From NCBI GenBank assembly GCA_002269645.1, contig NIVC01001093.1, positions 1-61,288 on the forward strand: a stretch of DNA of 61,288 nucleotides. Reading direction: 5' to 3'. This document shows positions 36,616 to 48,038 of this stretch, piece by piece. The position numbers and the translations under genes were made by a program. Every line of letters starts with the position of its first letter. The first letter of the stretch is position 1. The DNA comes from Macrostomum lignano. Taxonomy: Eukaryota. The notes below the pieces were generated by a model. That model searched no databases. It was not told the origin of the DNA and saw only the letters and a list, made by a program, of their open reading frames with translations.

Positions 36616-38125
36616 AAAACGCGGAGAGTTTTCATTGGCTGGCGAGAGAGCTTGAAATTATCGATCGTGCTAAAATTTACAGACGAACGCAAGGCCTACC
36701 AAATACACAGTGAATTAGCCATTGATACAGATTATTTGCACGCTACTACAAGTAAACGTTAAAATAAACTATTGGAGAAATTTAAATGAGAAATTGCAAG
36801 GGAAACTAAAGTCCAACGGCCTTTTTGCGGGACCACCTTAAACTAGCAACGTCACACTTCTAATGTCTGTGATGAACTCGTTAGATATAACTTATAAGCA
36901 GCTATGCTTAACTATTGATATCTGAAATTTAAATATCTTTGTCTTATGCATCTCTTTTTCAAAAACAATCAAGAAAACTTTCTATGTCATGATATAACAA
37001 ATTATTCAGAACAAATCTAAAATAACATAGATATAATTGTAGTAATAATAAATATTTTTACAGAAATATCATAAGATATTTTCAATATTTGGATGACAAA
37101 TATAACAATAACAATAGTCAATATCCAAATTTTGAACCTAACACTAAAAATAAATAGAAACTTGTTATGAACACAGACTTTATGGCAAATTTTTATAAAG
37201 AATTCCTATTGAATAAATCTCTCTATTCTCTGAATAAAAAGTAAACTTTAGTAGACTTGATAAAACTAAAAAGTAAACGATTGCCATTGCATTGGAACTG
37301 ATTGATAAATAGAAACTGGTGGATCTAGTAAAATCCTTTCAAAATGTTAAACTAAGGCACACTCCTAAGAAATAGGCAAGGAATTAGGTAAGATGCTACT
37401 TGCAGTTTCGAACAAAATGAGGACAAAAGAATCAAATTTGTACTACCTTTTCAATAATGCTAGGATCTATTATCAGGGTGTCCACGCGAAATTCAATATC
37501 AATTTCCAGGTTTTTTCCAAGTTCAAATAAGTAAAGCTCCAGGTATGTATGCAGCAATGTTTCTTGATTTAGTGTTTCCTACTACGAACTATATACTATA
37601 TATTTCATAGATTATTTAGATTATTTATTTCTTGTATTATACTAACTGAAGAACAAAATTAAAAGTATAAAATAAAAGACTTTTGCTATAAATAGAAAGC
37701 TTAATATCAACATTTGAATATGATTACAATTTCTAACAACTTCAACGCGTTTTGCACGCCATGGTGCATCGTCAGGATTTTATTAGAACGATTAGAACGA
37801 TTTTATTAGCACGCTGTGTACACTTAGCTTGACATTCAATTACCTAAGCTAGCTACCGCCCCTGATTCTGCCTTTTGACCACTGGACAAGAATTGTGTAC
37901 ATTTGGTTTAACTTTCATTCTCAATCTATAATTCTCTCTCCTACCTACTATACCTATGTATGTTGTTAAAGCCAAGTTGTAATCAATTGTTTTCAATCTT
38001 ACCCTCCTTACCTGTGTACGTTGCAAAAACCAATTCCAGGTTTCCCTTCCCACATTGGTCTATTTCCATGTTTTTTCTTCTATTTTGGGGGTGTTTCCAG
38101 GTTTTTTGCATTTACAGTTTTTTCC

Positions 38126-39091
38126 CATAGAACTTACACAGAATGCTCAATCAGCGATTTAATGAAATTAAACTGCGTAGAAATAGATATGCATACAAAC
38201 TACTAATCCGGTGAAGAAACATAAGTAGCCATAGACTATTACTCAAGTGTGTAGCACAAGATATATTCATTTAATAGAATTACTTGCAGCAGCATTGTCT
38301 TTTCACAAAGAATTTGGATGTTTGGTTTTGCTGCAGTGAAGTATGTCTTCTGCAAAATCGCGAAAACAGTGTGCTGCCTATGGCTGTCCAAATTATTCCT
38401 ATTGTTGTCCACCAGAAACCAGGTTTCACAGCTTTCCTTCAAACCGTGCCCGGTAAGCTTAGTCGAATCGTGACTAATATTATTTGCATGAAAACTTGTG
38501 TACGATTTATGTTGAATTTTACGCTTTAGGTGTGAAGACTGGGCTTGTTGCATCTTCCGTGCTGACCTTCTGGGGAAGAAGTATGAGCACAAATGGGCGA
38601 CTGCAGTGGTGTGCAGTCAGCACTTTGCTGATCACATGTATATGTGCCCGAAAGACCGTCATGAGCCGCACAGTCGACTTGTCTGGAATGCGCATCCAAC
38701 ACTGAAGCTGTATAAAGACATGGCTCAGGAGCAGAAGACCTGCTCGCCTCCAAAGCCAAGAGCCTGTGTCTCAGAAGAGTTACATCTATCCTAGACTCAA
38801 ACTCAAAAGAAAACAAAATTTTGCGGAATGACTGCCAGTATATCACTGCATCACTTCAAAACTTTTTGTGCTCCAGTTTAACTGGTTTCTACGTTTCACG
38901 TTTTACGTTTCGATTGCTGCATGGTTTCTGGTTACTGACTTAATAAATCAGGCGGTCTTGTGCTACATACTTGAGTAATAATCTATGGCTACTTATGTTT
39001 CTTCACCGGATTAGTAGTTTGTACGCATATCTATTTCTACGCAGTTTAATTTCATTAAATCGCTGATTGAGCATTCTGTGTAAGTTCTGTG
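38126..39091 (+). mobile_element. 966-bp TIR element carrying a THAP-only minigene
   Basis: 136-bp TIRs (38126-38261 and 38956-39091, 4 mismatches) starting CA(T/C)AGA; 9-bp TSD GTTTTTTCC (38117-38125 and 39092-39100). Confidence 0.9.
38343..38794 (+). CDS. THAP zinc-finger-only protein, 124 aa, two exons
   Basis: Exons 38343-38452 and 38530-38794 (77-nt GT-AG intron) give MSSAKSRKQCAAYGCPN...RFHSFPSNRARCEDW...VVCSQHF...RLVWNAHPTL, the C2CH THAP signature. Confidence 0.85.
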
Positions 39092-40160
39092 GTTTTTTCC
39101 AGGTTCTGGACACCCTGATTAATATAATATAATATTAATAGAATTAATATAATATCCTTGGCCTTAAGTAGCATCATTAAAAAAATCATTTTGCACATGG
39201 AAAGAAAAGAAAAAACTTATATTATTGTTTATTAACATTAACGTTTCTCCTTTGTAGTTCTTCAAACTTATTTCTACAGTGATCTAATTTTTGCAGACTC
39301 TTAGCCTTTTCACAAAGTCTACTCCAGAATCGGAGTAAATTCTGATTCCAGAACCAGATTCGCTAGGAAAATGAAAAGCATTGAGTAAATTTTATTTTAT
39401 GTGAAAAATTACTTAACATTTTTAATAGTTTATTTTTCTAAGTTATTTATTTTTTACCTTTGAAGTTATATTTGAATTTAAATTGACTTTAAATAATTTT
39501 CATTGTTTCTATAGAAATATGTAAGGAATAAGGTTCCGGAACTGATTCTGAAAACAGAATCGGCAAAATGAAAAGTATCGAACCAGTTCTAAAAACAGAA
39601 TCGGGAATATGAAAAGCCTCTTTATTCCCAACCTTTTATCCAATACAGTTTTGTGGAAAAAATACATTCAATTAAAAAAAATATAATACAATACTAGAAA
39701 GCAGTAAGTAAAAACTGCCACATTCACTTTTATACCCTCCTGTTGCCCATCTTTGATTTCTTTGTTTTTACAGTGCAAAACTTTTACATCAAAATAAATG
39801 CAGTAACAATATACACTCCGTACAATAGATAAATTCATTTTAATTGCAGCAAAGCCGTCGTGATGCACGATAACTCGAAATTAACCGAATGTGATGAATA
39901 AAGGTGAGAAGATGTATGGTTTATATAGCGGTTAAATTTAATAATCTAGAGCCAACAGCAGACTTCCCTTAGCGTAAATTTCAGATTTCAGATTTGGTAT
40001 GAATTGATGGTTAGGTTTGGATTGGTATTGGTAGCTGCTTATATTTAGTGTGACAAAAGCAATTGAATACAATGGCTAAGGGGCCTGCAAGAAGCGGAGC
40101 AAAAACCCCGGAGCAAAGGGAGAGAGCAGTGGCTGACTGCAAGCGCAGCCCATTGCACCC

Positions 40161-40925
40161 GACTAGTCAGATAGTCCACTATAGAATAATTACCTGACTA
40201 GTCACGTGGATCCACACAGCTGTGGAGTGGATTGAGCTGGACTAGTCAAGCAGCCCCATGGACCTGACTAAAAAATGCATTCATGCTGAGCCATGGAGTG
40301 GATTGACCTTGACTAGTCAAGCGGCCCCGTGGACTGGACTAAAAAGTTATTTACACTAGTTTGAAGAGCACTGTAAATTCACCAAAATTGAAGCATCGAT
40401 ATCTTAGCAACTACTCAATATTTTGTAAAGTACAGCTGGTGCAGAATTTCTTTATCTATTATTGAGTAAAATTTCATGTGCTAAGTCATACGTGCGCAAC
40501 AGTCGGCCGAGTCGGCCGATCCGGCCGACTGATTTGGCAGCCAACCAAGGAAGTCGCAAAAATGTCCACCTAAAAAAATACCCAAGTAGTAGTACTAAGT
40601 AGCTGACGAGGCATTTTGGCTTAATAAAACAGTCATAGTTACTCCTGCCGTTTACCCAAAGTTGCGTTAATTTTGCTTTAGGGTTTTTTACATGTAAGTC
40701 GCATTTTTGGCCAAAAACTACGTCGCATTTTTGTTAAAACTAAGTCGCACGGCCGACCGAATTTTGGAGGTTGCGCATGTATGTGCTAAGTCCATCATTT
40801 TGGGGTACAGAATGGCTCGTAAAGAAGTGCAAACTACAACTTGACACTGCTGATCTCCTATGCATCTTACCGTATATCGTAATTTGAACTTGCACTGCTG
40901 AAAATGAGAAACAATAACAAAGGGA
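40161..40925. mobile_element. Dispersed repeat of unknown class (inverted partner at 49350-49718), interrupted by a MITE
   Basis: The reverse complement aligns to 49350-49718, including an internal duplication of about 70 bp (GACTAGTCAAGC.GCCCC.TGGAC). Confidence 0.8.
40487..40783. mobile_element. hAT-type MITE
   Basis: 14-bp TIR CATAC(G/A)TGCGCAAC and a perfect 8-bp TSD TGCTAAGT (40479-40486 and 40784-40791). Confidence 0.92.
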
Positions 40926-41970
40926 ATTTTGCAAAACTAATTATTTGCAAAAATGCACTTTTATTATTAGTACTATTATAGTTATGCGAGGTTTTAGTTT
41001 ATTACAAAGCATTTTATTCTTAAAAACAATTTCAATGCATATTTTGGAAAACTCATCAGTGAGCCCACGGTGGTTATACAAAGCTTATAATGGTTATAAT
41101 CAGATATATAATCAGACAGAGATAGTCAGGTTATATCAGAGATTGTTGAAGCTTATATGGTTATACAAAGCTGTCGAGTTTTGAGCTCCATAAAAATTTA
41201 GACTTAAAGAAAGCCAAGAATGGTTTACATAGCGGCCCAAGAATTTCTGCAACAGAATGGTTCACCACGTGAGTTAGTTGATCTATGACTATGTTTGGTT
41301 TGAAATGGTTTGTAACTTTGTTAGTAGGTAGTTTAAAACTAAATAAAAATGGATTCCAGTCTTCAATATATGAATTTTTAAATAGGTGCTTCAAAGGCTT
41401 ATATATATAGATTTGATTCCAAAAGTTTATCTAAAATTTTATATGAAAAGTCTGTTGTTTATCTTCAATTTGTTTTACTTCTTATTTTAAAAAGTTTGAA
41501 ACAAAGTGTTTATTTCTAGTTGTTATTGGTTTGATAGCTAGATCAATAGCAAAATAATAATGGTTTAGTTATAGCTATAGGATTGAGTAATTAAAAGGTT
41601 GGATGATGGTAAATAGCTCAGGCAAATAGAACAGAGCCCATTGTTGGAATAGGGCCAATTATTAATCTCTCTAATAAAAATTGATTTTATGTATTACAAA
41701 TTAACATAGCAATTTTTAAAAACAAAGAATATATTTGTAACAAGTCTTTTGGCTCTCTATGAAAGTCCCACATTCTGATACTAAAATTGTACCAGGGTGC
41801 TTTCCTTTGTCAAAAAGATTAAAGAAAACTTCAATAAATATTAACTTTGAAAATTATTAGTTTTACTAATGAGTATATGGAAATATCAAGGAAGTTTTGT
41901 GGATGTACCCTCAATAAAATGTAGTAATTAAGATTTTTCTTTTCATTATCAAATTTCCCTTTTAGACTAG

Positions 41971-42870
41971 ACACCAGATCTGCTAGTTCAGTACAAGGCC
42001 TTGACATCTGAGCAAAAGAACTTGCTGAGGGTTGCAGCTGCATCTTGCCCTAAGCTGCTGAATACAATCATAAAAGAACTGAACACTACAGCACTGCCTT
42101 ATTGCTTGGTCATTGCTGCAAATGGAAGTTCTAGCAGGAAATACTTTATCCCACCTGGTATTTCATCTTCCATTCAAACTGAGCTCTTGGCTGCAATTGA
42201 TGCACTAGCGCAAGTGATTGACAAGGGAGCTAAACAGTATTAGGCAGAACTTGCTGTTTCAAGTGCTGTCAGTGCCGCAGTTGCTACAAGTGCTGCAGGT
42301 CCTTCCAGTATTGTGTATGCTACCAGTGCTCAATGTGCTTCATTGGGTAAAGATGTAAAATCATTGAGGCTCTTTCTGCAGGAAAAAGCTTTTGAAAATG
42401 CTGGTCATCAAGGTAAAATTCCTTGGAAGAGACTAGAGTGTGACACAAAAAATAAAACACAGCTAGCCATTGGAATGTTCATTCCTAACATTCAGTGTCC
42501 TCATCATTTAAGTAAATTCGAGTGTGTCACTACCTTGAATACTTTAAAAGATGCTGGGGAATTAAAGTTTGTTAATTATTACCAGAATTCAAGGCCTTCA
42601 TCGTCTGTTATAGCAAACGAGCTATTAGCAGACACCTCTTATCAGCCCAACACATCTGATGTGTCTGAGGATGACAAATCATTACTGCTCCCTATTAGTC
42701 AGCATTGAGTGACGTTTGGTTTGCCAAGTACGGGTAACGAACTTCCTCAAGTGATGCAGGCAACTGGTTTAATCCAAAGTCAGCCAATATTGCTACTTGG
42801 AGAACTGCAGGAGAATGAAAACGCCATGTTTATGAATGAGAGCATGCTACAAAGGCTACAAAGTGAATAA
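41971..42870 (+). pseudogene. Decayed orphan ORF, about 300 codons, with two in-frame stops
   Basis: One frame runs from a possible acceptor at 41970 to TAA 42870, broken by TAG (42241) and TGA (42706); family not recognised. Confidence 0.55.
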
Positions 42871-43387
42871 AGTTGACTTTTTAAATTGACTTTTTAAGAA
42901 GAAAGAAAAGAGGGGATTGAGGAGAAGAGAAAAGAGATAGAAGGGACAAGAGAAGGGAAGGGGGAGAAGAGATGAGAAGGGACAAGAGAGGGGGAAAGGA
43001 GAAAGTATACTGCTATTAATTAAATAGCAGTTTAGTAGTTTCTTATTTTAGCTATTTTATCTTGTTTTTGTGTCAATATTCCACTGTGCTTCTGACTGAC
43101 TTAGACTGTTAGTAATCATGATTATGTAGCTTTTTGTCAAACATTTCCTTGTTAATTCTGTCTTTCTGCCTTGTTAGTTATCTTTGAAGCAGGTTAAACA
43201 CTTTTGAAATCACTCTAGAATCCCTGAGATCTGTCCTAGAATTGCCCTTACACCCTTAGCAGACTGCCCAACTTATAGCTTTATTTTAAGTCTTATTTAA
43301 AATTTAAAATATTGAAGCATGACCTTTAATTTATGATTACACAGTTGCATGCAACTATATAAGGCCTAAAATAAAGCTATTAATAGT

Positions 43388-43630
43388 TCCCAGAGTCACC
43401 CTTAACCATTCCCCAGAGTCCCCCTTAGCCATTCCCTAGATTCACCCTTAACCATTCCCCAGAGTCATCCTAAACCTTCTCCAGAGTCACCCTTAACCAT
43501 TCCCCAGAGTCACCCTTAACCATTCCCCAGAGTCACCTTTAACCATTCCCCAGAGTCACCCTTAACCATTCCCCAGAGTCACCCTTAACCATTCCCCAGA
43601 GTCACCTTTAACCATTCCCCAGAGTCACCC
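43388..43630. repeat. 23-bp minisatellite (CCCCAGAGTCACCCTTAACCATT)
   Basis: Tandem units read directly. Confidence 0.93.
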
Positions 43631-43635
43631 CTGGG

Positions 43636-43793
43636 ATGTGGGCTTTTTGCGTCGACTGATATTTCTGAGAATCCAATATCATGACATTTTGGGTCTTGAC
43701 AAAGAATACCACAAGGCAAAGGATTGTGACACCATCAGCCGTGGTTGGAACAGATAAGCGACTATGAAGGGGAGCTCATCTGTGCTGCTGAAG
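43636..43793 (+). pseudogene. Possible degenerate SET-domain fragment
   Basis: GCGLFASTDISEN...ISDYEGELICAAE resembles the SET motif G.GLFA..DI...I.EY.GELI; it contains three TGA stops. Confidence 0.3.
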
Positions 43794-44055
43794 GTAGATA
43801 AATCTCAACCAAATAGCATAATTGATAGCATAGGAATTATCAAAGGTATAGATCTTAAGATGGTAAATTTGATTGCAAAATCTTTCTGAAAAATATAACG
43901 TAACCATGAGTTTTTTCTTCATTTTTTGTATAGATTATTGCGGTTGTGTTTGTTGTGTTGTGACTTCGGGCTGCTTAGCACCTGATACTATGATTTTTCA
44001 AGTCAATCAGAATTTCTAAACTGTATTTTAGCTCTGCTTACGCCTAGACTCATTC

Positions 44056-45306
44056 TGTTACCCTTGCCACCGTGTTGGTGGTAAGGGCGTTTAAACTGCG
44101 GGGGGAGGGGCTCACTTGGCTGGGGCGGGTGCGTGCGGGGTGGCGTGTGCTGCGGGGGGCGGGGGTTGCGGGGGTGCTAGCTTGATTTCATATTTAGTCC
44201 GGTCCTCCGCTTGTTTGCTGTGCGTTCGTGTTTGCTCAGATTTTTTTGGCTGGTGGGCCATGCTGCGGGTGGCCAATCTCTGCTCTGTCAGCCGGGCAAA
44301 CGTTGGCATGGCGGTGCTGATCAGCAATCTTTGCCTGGGCATCAAGGAGGCTCGGATTTCTGTTCGCCTGTCCAAGACGAATCAATTCGGAGAGCACCAC
44401 CATGTCGTTCTTCTGCCCTGCATCTGCAAGAGTGCAACTGCTCCGCTGTGTCCGCTTTGTGCGCTCCATCATCATTTCAGCCGGAATTCACTAGACATTG
44501 CACCTCCTTCGCAGCCTCTGTTCTCGACCCTGCAGTCAGCAGGAAGCTGGATGAGCTTAACTGCAGCGCATGTCCGGCGCGAGTTGTCCCAGCTTTTTCA
44601 CCAGGCTGGCCTTCCGAGAAACCACTTTTCAATGCACAGCCTGTGCCAAGGCGGCGCCACCTTTGCCAGGCATTCAGGCATTGCGATCGAGGATATCAAA
44701 GCCATTGGCGACTGGAAGAGTGATGCAGTGCATCTCTATGCAGGCCAGCAGCCGCAGGTGGCCAGCCGTGCTGTTCGTCGCATTGGGGCTGCAGTGCAGG
44801 CTATGTTCTAACTGTTTAGCTGTCTAACTGTGTCTGTGCTGGCATTAGCTTCTCCGCTCTTTTAGTTTCCCGGTGTCTTTTCTTTTACTCCTGTCTCCGT
44901 TTCTATCCGTTCTCCAGTTTGGGTTTGGAGGTTCCGTTTTGCACCTCCCTTGTCTTGCCTCGTTCCTTTCCCCACGGTTTAATGTTACCCTTGCCATTGT
45001 GTTGGTGGTAAGGGCGTTTAAACTGCGGGGGGAGGGGCTCACTTGGCTGGGGCGGGTGTGTGCGGGGTGGCATGTGCTGCGGGGGCGGGGGTCGCGGGGG
45101 TGCTAGCTTGATTTCATATTTAGTCCGGTCCTCTGCTTGTTCGCCGTGCGTTCGTGTTTGCTCAGATTTTTTTTAGCTTTTTTTTCTCATTTGGCTATGA
45201 AATCTTTTGCAAGAAATAAATAATTCATTGGCTGCCTTTTTTTGACCAGCAGAGGTTCCGTTTCGCGCCATCCCTTGTCTTGCCTCGTTCCTTTCCCGCA
45301 GTTTAA
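44056..45306 (+). mobile_element. Internally deleted tyrosine-recombinase (DIRS-order, Ngaro/PAT-like) retroelement with split direct repeats
   Basis: A1 44056-44247, YR 44242-44811, B1 44928-44982, A2 from 44983 to at least 45174, B2 45252-45306 (A1...B1-A2-B2). Confidence 0.88.
44242..44811 (+). pseudogene. Tyrosine recombinase catalytic domain, catalytic Arg mutated
   Basis: FFGWWAMLRVANL...SKTNQFG...CPL...PLF...HSLCQGGAT...IKAIGDWKSDAVHLY; the HxxR motif reads HSLC. Confidence 0.85.
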
Positions 45307-45474
45307 GTCACATTTGCAAAGTTTTTCTTGTGTTAAAAGTTGCCTTTTTAATTCACGGGTCCATGTACCAACTTTAAACAATTGTCTACACAAAAATATA
45401 TGCTCACTTTTATTTCAGTGAATCATTATGTTACAAGGTAAAATAATCTTGTTACCAACTTTCTTCATCCTTGT

Positions 45475-45695
45475 AGTCACCCTACCCAATTCCCCAGTCA
45501 CCCTAACTGACTCCCTTGTCACTTTAACTGACTCCCCTGTCACCCTGACTCTCCTATCACTGACTTCCCTGTCACTCTGACTCTCCTATCACTGACTCCC
45601 CTGTCACCCTGACTCCCCTGTCACCCTGACTCTCCTGTCACTGACTCTCCTGTCACCCTGACTGACTTCCCTGTCACCCTGACTGACTCTCCTGA
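45475..45695. repeat. Degenerate CTGACTC(C/T)CCTGTCACC minisatellite
   Basis: Read directly. Confidence 0.85.
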
Positions 45696-47882
45696 ACACT
45701 TTTGAAATCACTCTAGAATCCTTGAGATCTGTCCTAGAATCGCCCTCACACCCTCAGCAAACTGCCCTGAAGCTCTAGACCTGAAACCCACAGGCTTGAA
45801 CTTGAGTTGCAAGCAGCTGTCAGCATTTCTCCAATTTTATTGTTCAATTTTTACCAGGCAACGATTTGCCACCCTGCTATTGGCAGTTGACGCAATTCTT
45901 GTTTTTTATATTACCACTTTTTAGACCACAAAATCAGCTTTTAAATGTCTTGTCTCACTTGCAGTTTTGTTACAGCAATTTATGCTTACTTATTTATATT
46001 CTTTATTACTTAATTTTTGCTAATTTTGTTTGCAATATGCTCTATTTGCTACTGTGAATAAGTAGGAGGCAATTATTATTGCTTTAATTTTTCTAGCTCC
46101 CAAGTTCAAATTGTTTGGTGCCAACACGCGCTGCTGAATTCCAAGTGTCTTTTTAATAGATATTATATTAATATTAGCCTACTCTACTGCTCAGCAGCTG
46201 CACTAAGTAGTATGCTATTCTGCAGTTAAAAAAGCCAAACTAAATATTTTCTAAATCCAGGTTTAAAATTTTGTTCCAAAGCAACCAGCTCATCAAAATA
46301 AGGAGTTGCACCAAGCTGAATTGCTCAGCTGATTCATCAAACTTTAGTGAGAAAAAAATCAAATTGTCTTGTTATTCTTTTCATTTCTTACTTTAATGAA
46401 AAATATTTTGGCCACTTCACCTATTAATTATTGATTTATTCTGAGACTGCGGCTGGTTGCAGGCAATCCATGAGTTGCTAGGGAATTGCTGCGTCTCTCA
46501 TGTTGAAGATGGCCAGGCGGAAAAGAATAGAAAAGAATATCCATTTTCTATGTATATTCTTTCCATTGAATCTGCCAGGCACCTTAGTATAGCCCAGGCA
46601 GCTGAAAATGCACTTTAAAAGGTCACTCTTTAGTAGTCAATACTTTAAATAACTATCTAAAGAATATTGAAAGTTTGAATTTCAAGGCACAAACTGTGGG
46701 AAAACTGCAGTATGCTCAATAGAAAGAGTGATTTTCACTAGTTATACACTGCACAGATGGACTAGGATATAAGGTGATTGGCTTCGATCTTGAGACACCT
46801 AAGTATTATGTGGAGACGTAAAAGTTTGTAGGCACATGTTAGAGTAGATATAGTCTATATTCATGTTGGTTTGATCAGAAAAAGAATATCCTACTCTGAG
46901 ATGCAACACTCTGAAAAAGGGTAATTTTCACCCCAATTACATTATGGATATAGGAGCTTATTTCTAGTCAATGCTAGCACCGAAAGCAGGCACTTCTAGA
47001 GCTGATATGTGAATTTTCATCATCTCTACAATTATCTAGGAAGACGAAAATGCAAAATTCATTGAAAACAGGGCAAATTAAGTGGCTTTGAAAATCAGTT
47101 AACATGCCCTACCACCCATGTTCTATAAATGCCATTAGGGCGTCCAACTGGCATGAGCTTGTGCCATGTAGCATCATGGGGAAGCTATAGGACCCAATTT
47201 TTAAGGGTCAGGATCTTAATCTCATGAGAATCTAATTTCTAGGAATCCTAAGATCTAAGGATTGGGATTCTATCCAATTTTTAGCTTATATAGTATTGCC
47301 AATAGCAGATCTATATTTCTGTACTAATCTCAAATAAGTAAAAAAATATTAGCTTTCTTAGTTAGTGCTAAGCATTTTGTCTTTCTAAAAATTATATATT
47401 GTTGGAATTCATAAAATCCTATACAAGGGAAAAGCTCTTTGGCAATTTTATAGTTTATTTTGCATATTTATCTTTAGTTTAAGTTTGAATTTGTACCTAG
47501 TTTGAATTACCATTGTAATTTTCATTCATATTATAATTTATGGCCAGAAGTAATTTAAAAGAGAAACAACTTTACCTGATAAGGTCGGGTATTTCCAGCT
47601 GCTATTATCTTATTTATATTCTAAGCTTTGATTAATTATCCTATATAACAGTTTTCATGACCAGACTTAGTCAAAGTTATTATTATAGTTATGTTTTGTA
47701 AACTGCCTATTTAACTTGAACTTTATTCCTATAAACTAGGCCTACTTATAATGATGCATATATTTTACCAAAATTAATTTTAGCAAATGTACATTTTGGC
47801 AAATACAAGTCTAATAATATATATGGAATTATAATTGTTATGACTGTTGCCCCTTTGACTATCACCCCTTTAATCATACATA

Positions 47883-48038
47883 CGCAACTTTGGGAATCAC
47901 CTGGCTGTTTCTATTGGCAATACACACATGTAAGTCACTATTGGCTGATACCAGTCACGTGACTACTTTTCCATCCAATAGCGACTTACATGTGTGTGTG
48001 TTGCCAATAGAAATGGCCGAGTGAATCCCAAGGTTGCG
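47883..48038. mobile_element. 156-bp palindromic MITE-like hairpin
   Basis: Arms of about 60 bp (CTATTGGCAATACACACATGTAAGTCACTATTGG versus its inverse) around a central AGTCACGTGACT. Confidence 0.7.

Larger units (their letters stand above)
37474..39117. mobile_element. Non-autonomous hAT-like element (host of the THAP element)
   Basis: 11-bp TIR CAGGGTGTCCA / TGGACACCCTG and repeated subterminal TTCCAGGTTTTTTCC motifs; TSD not clear. Confidence 0.7.
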
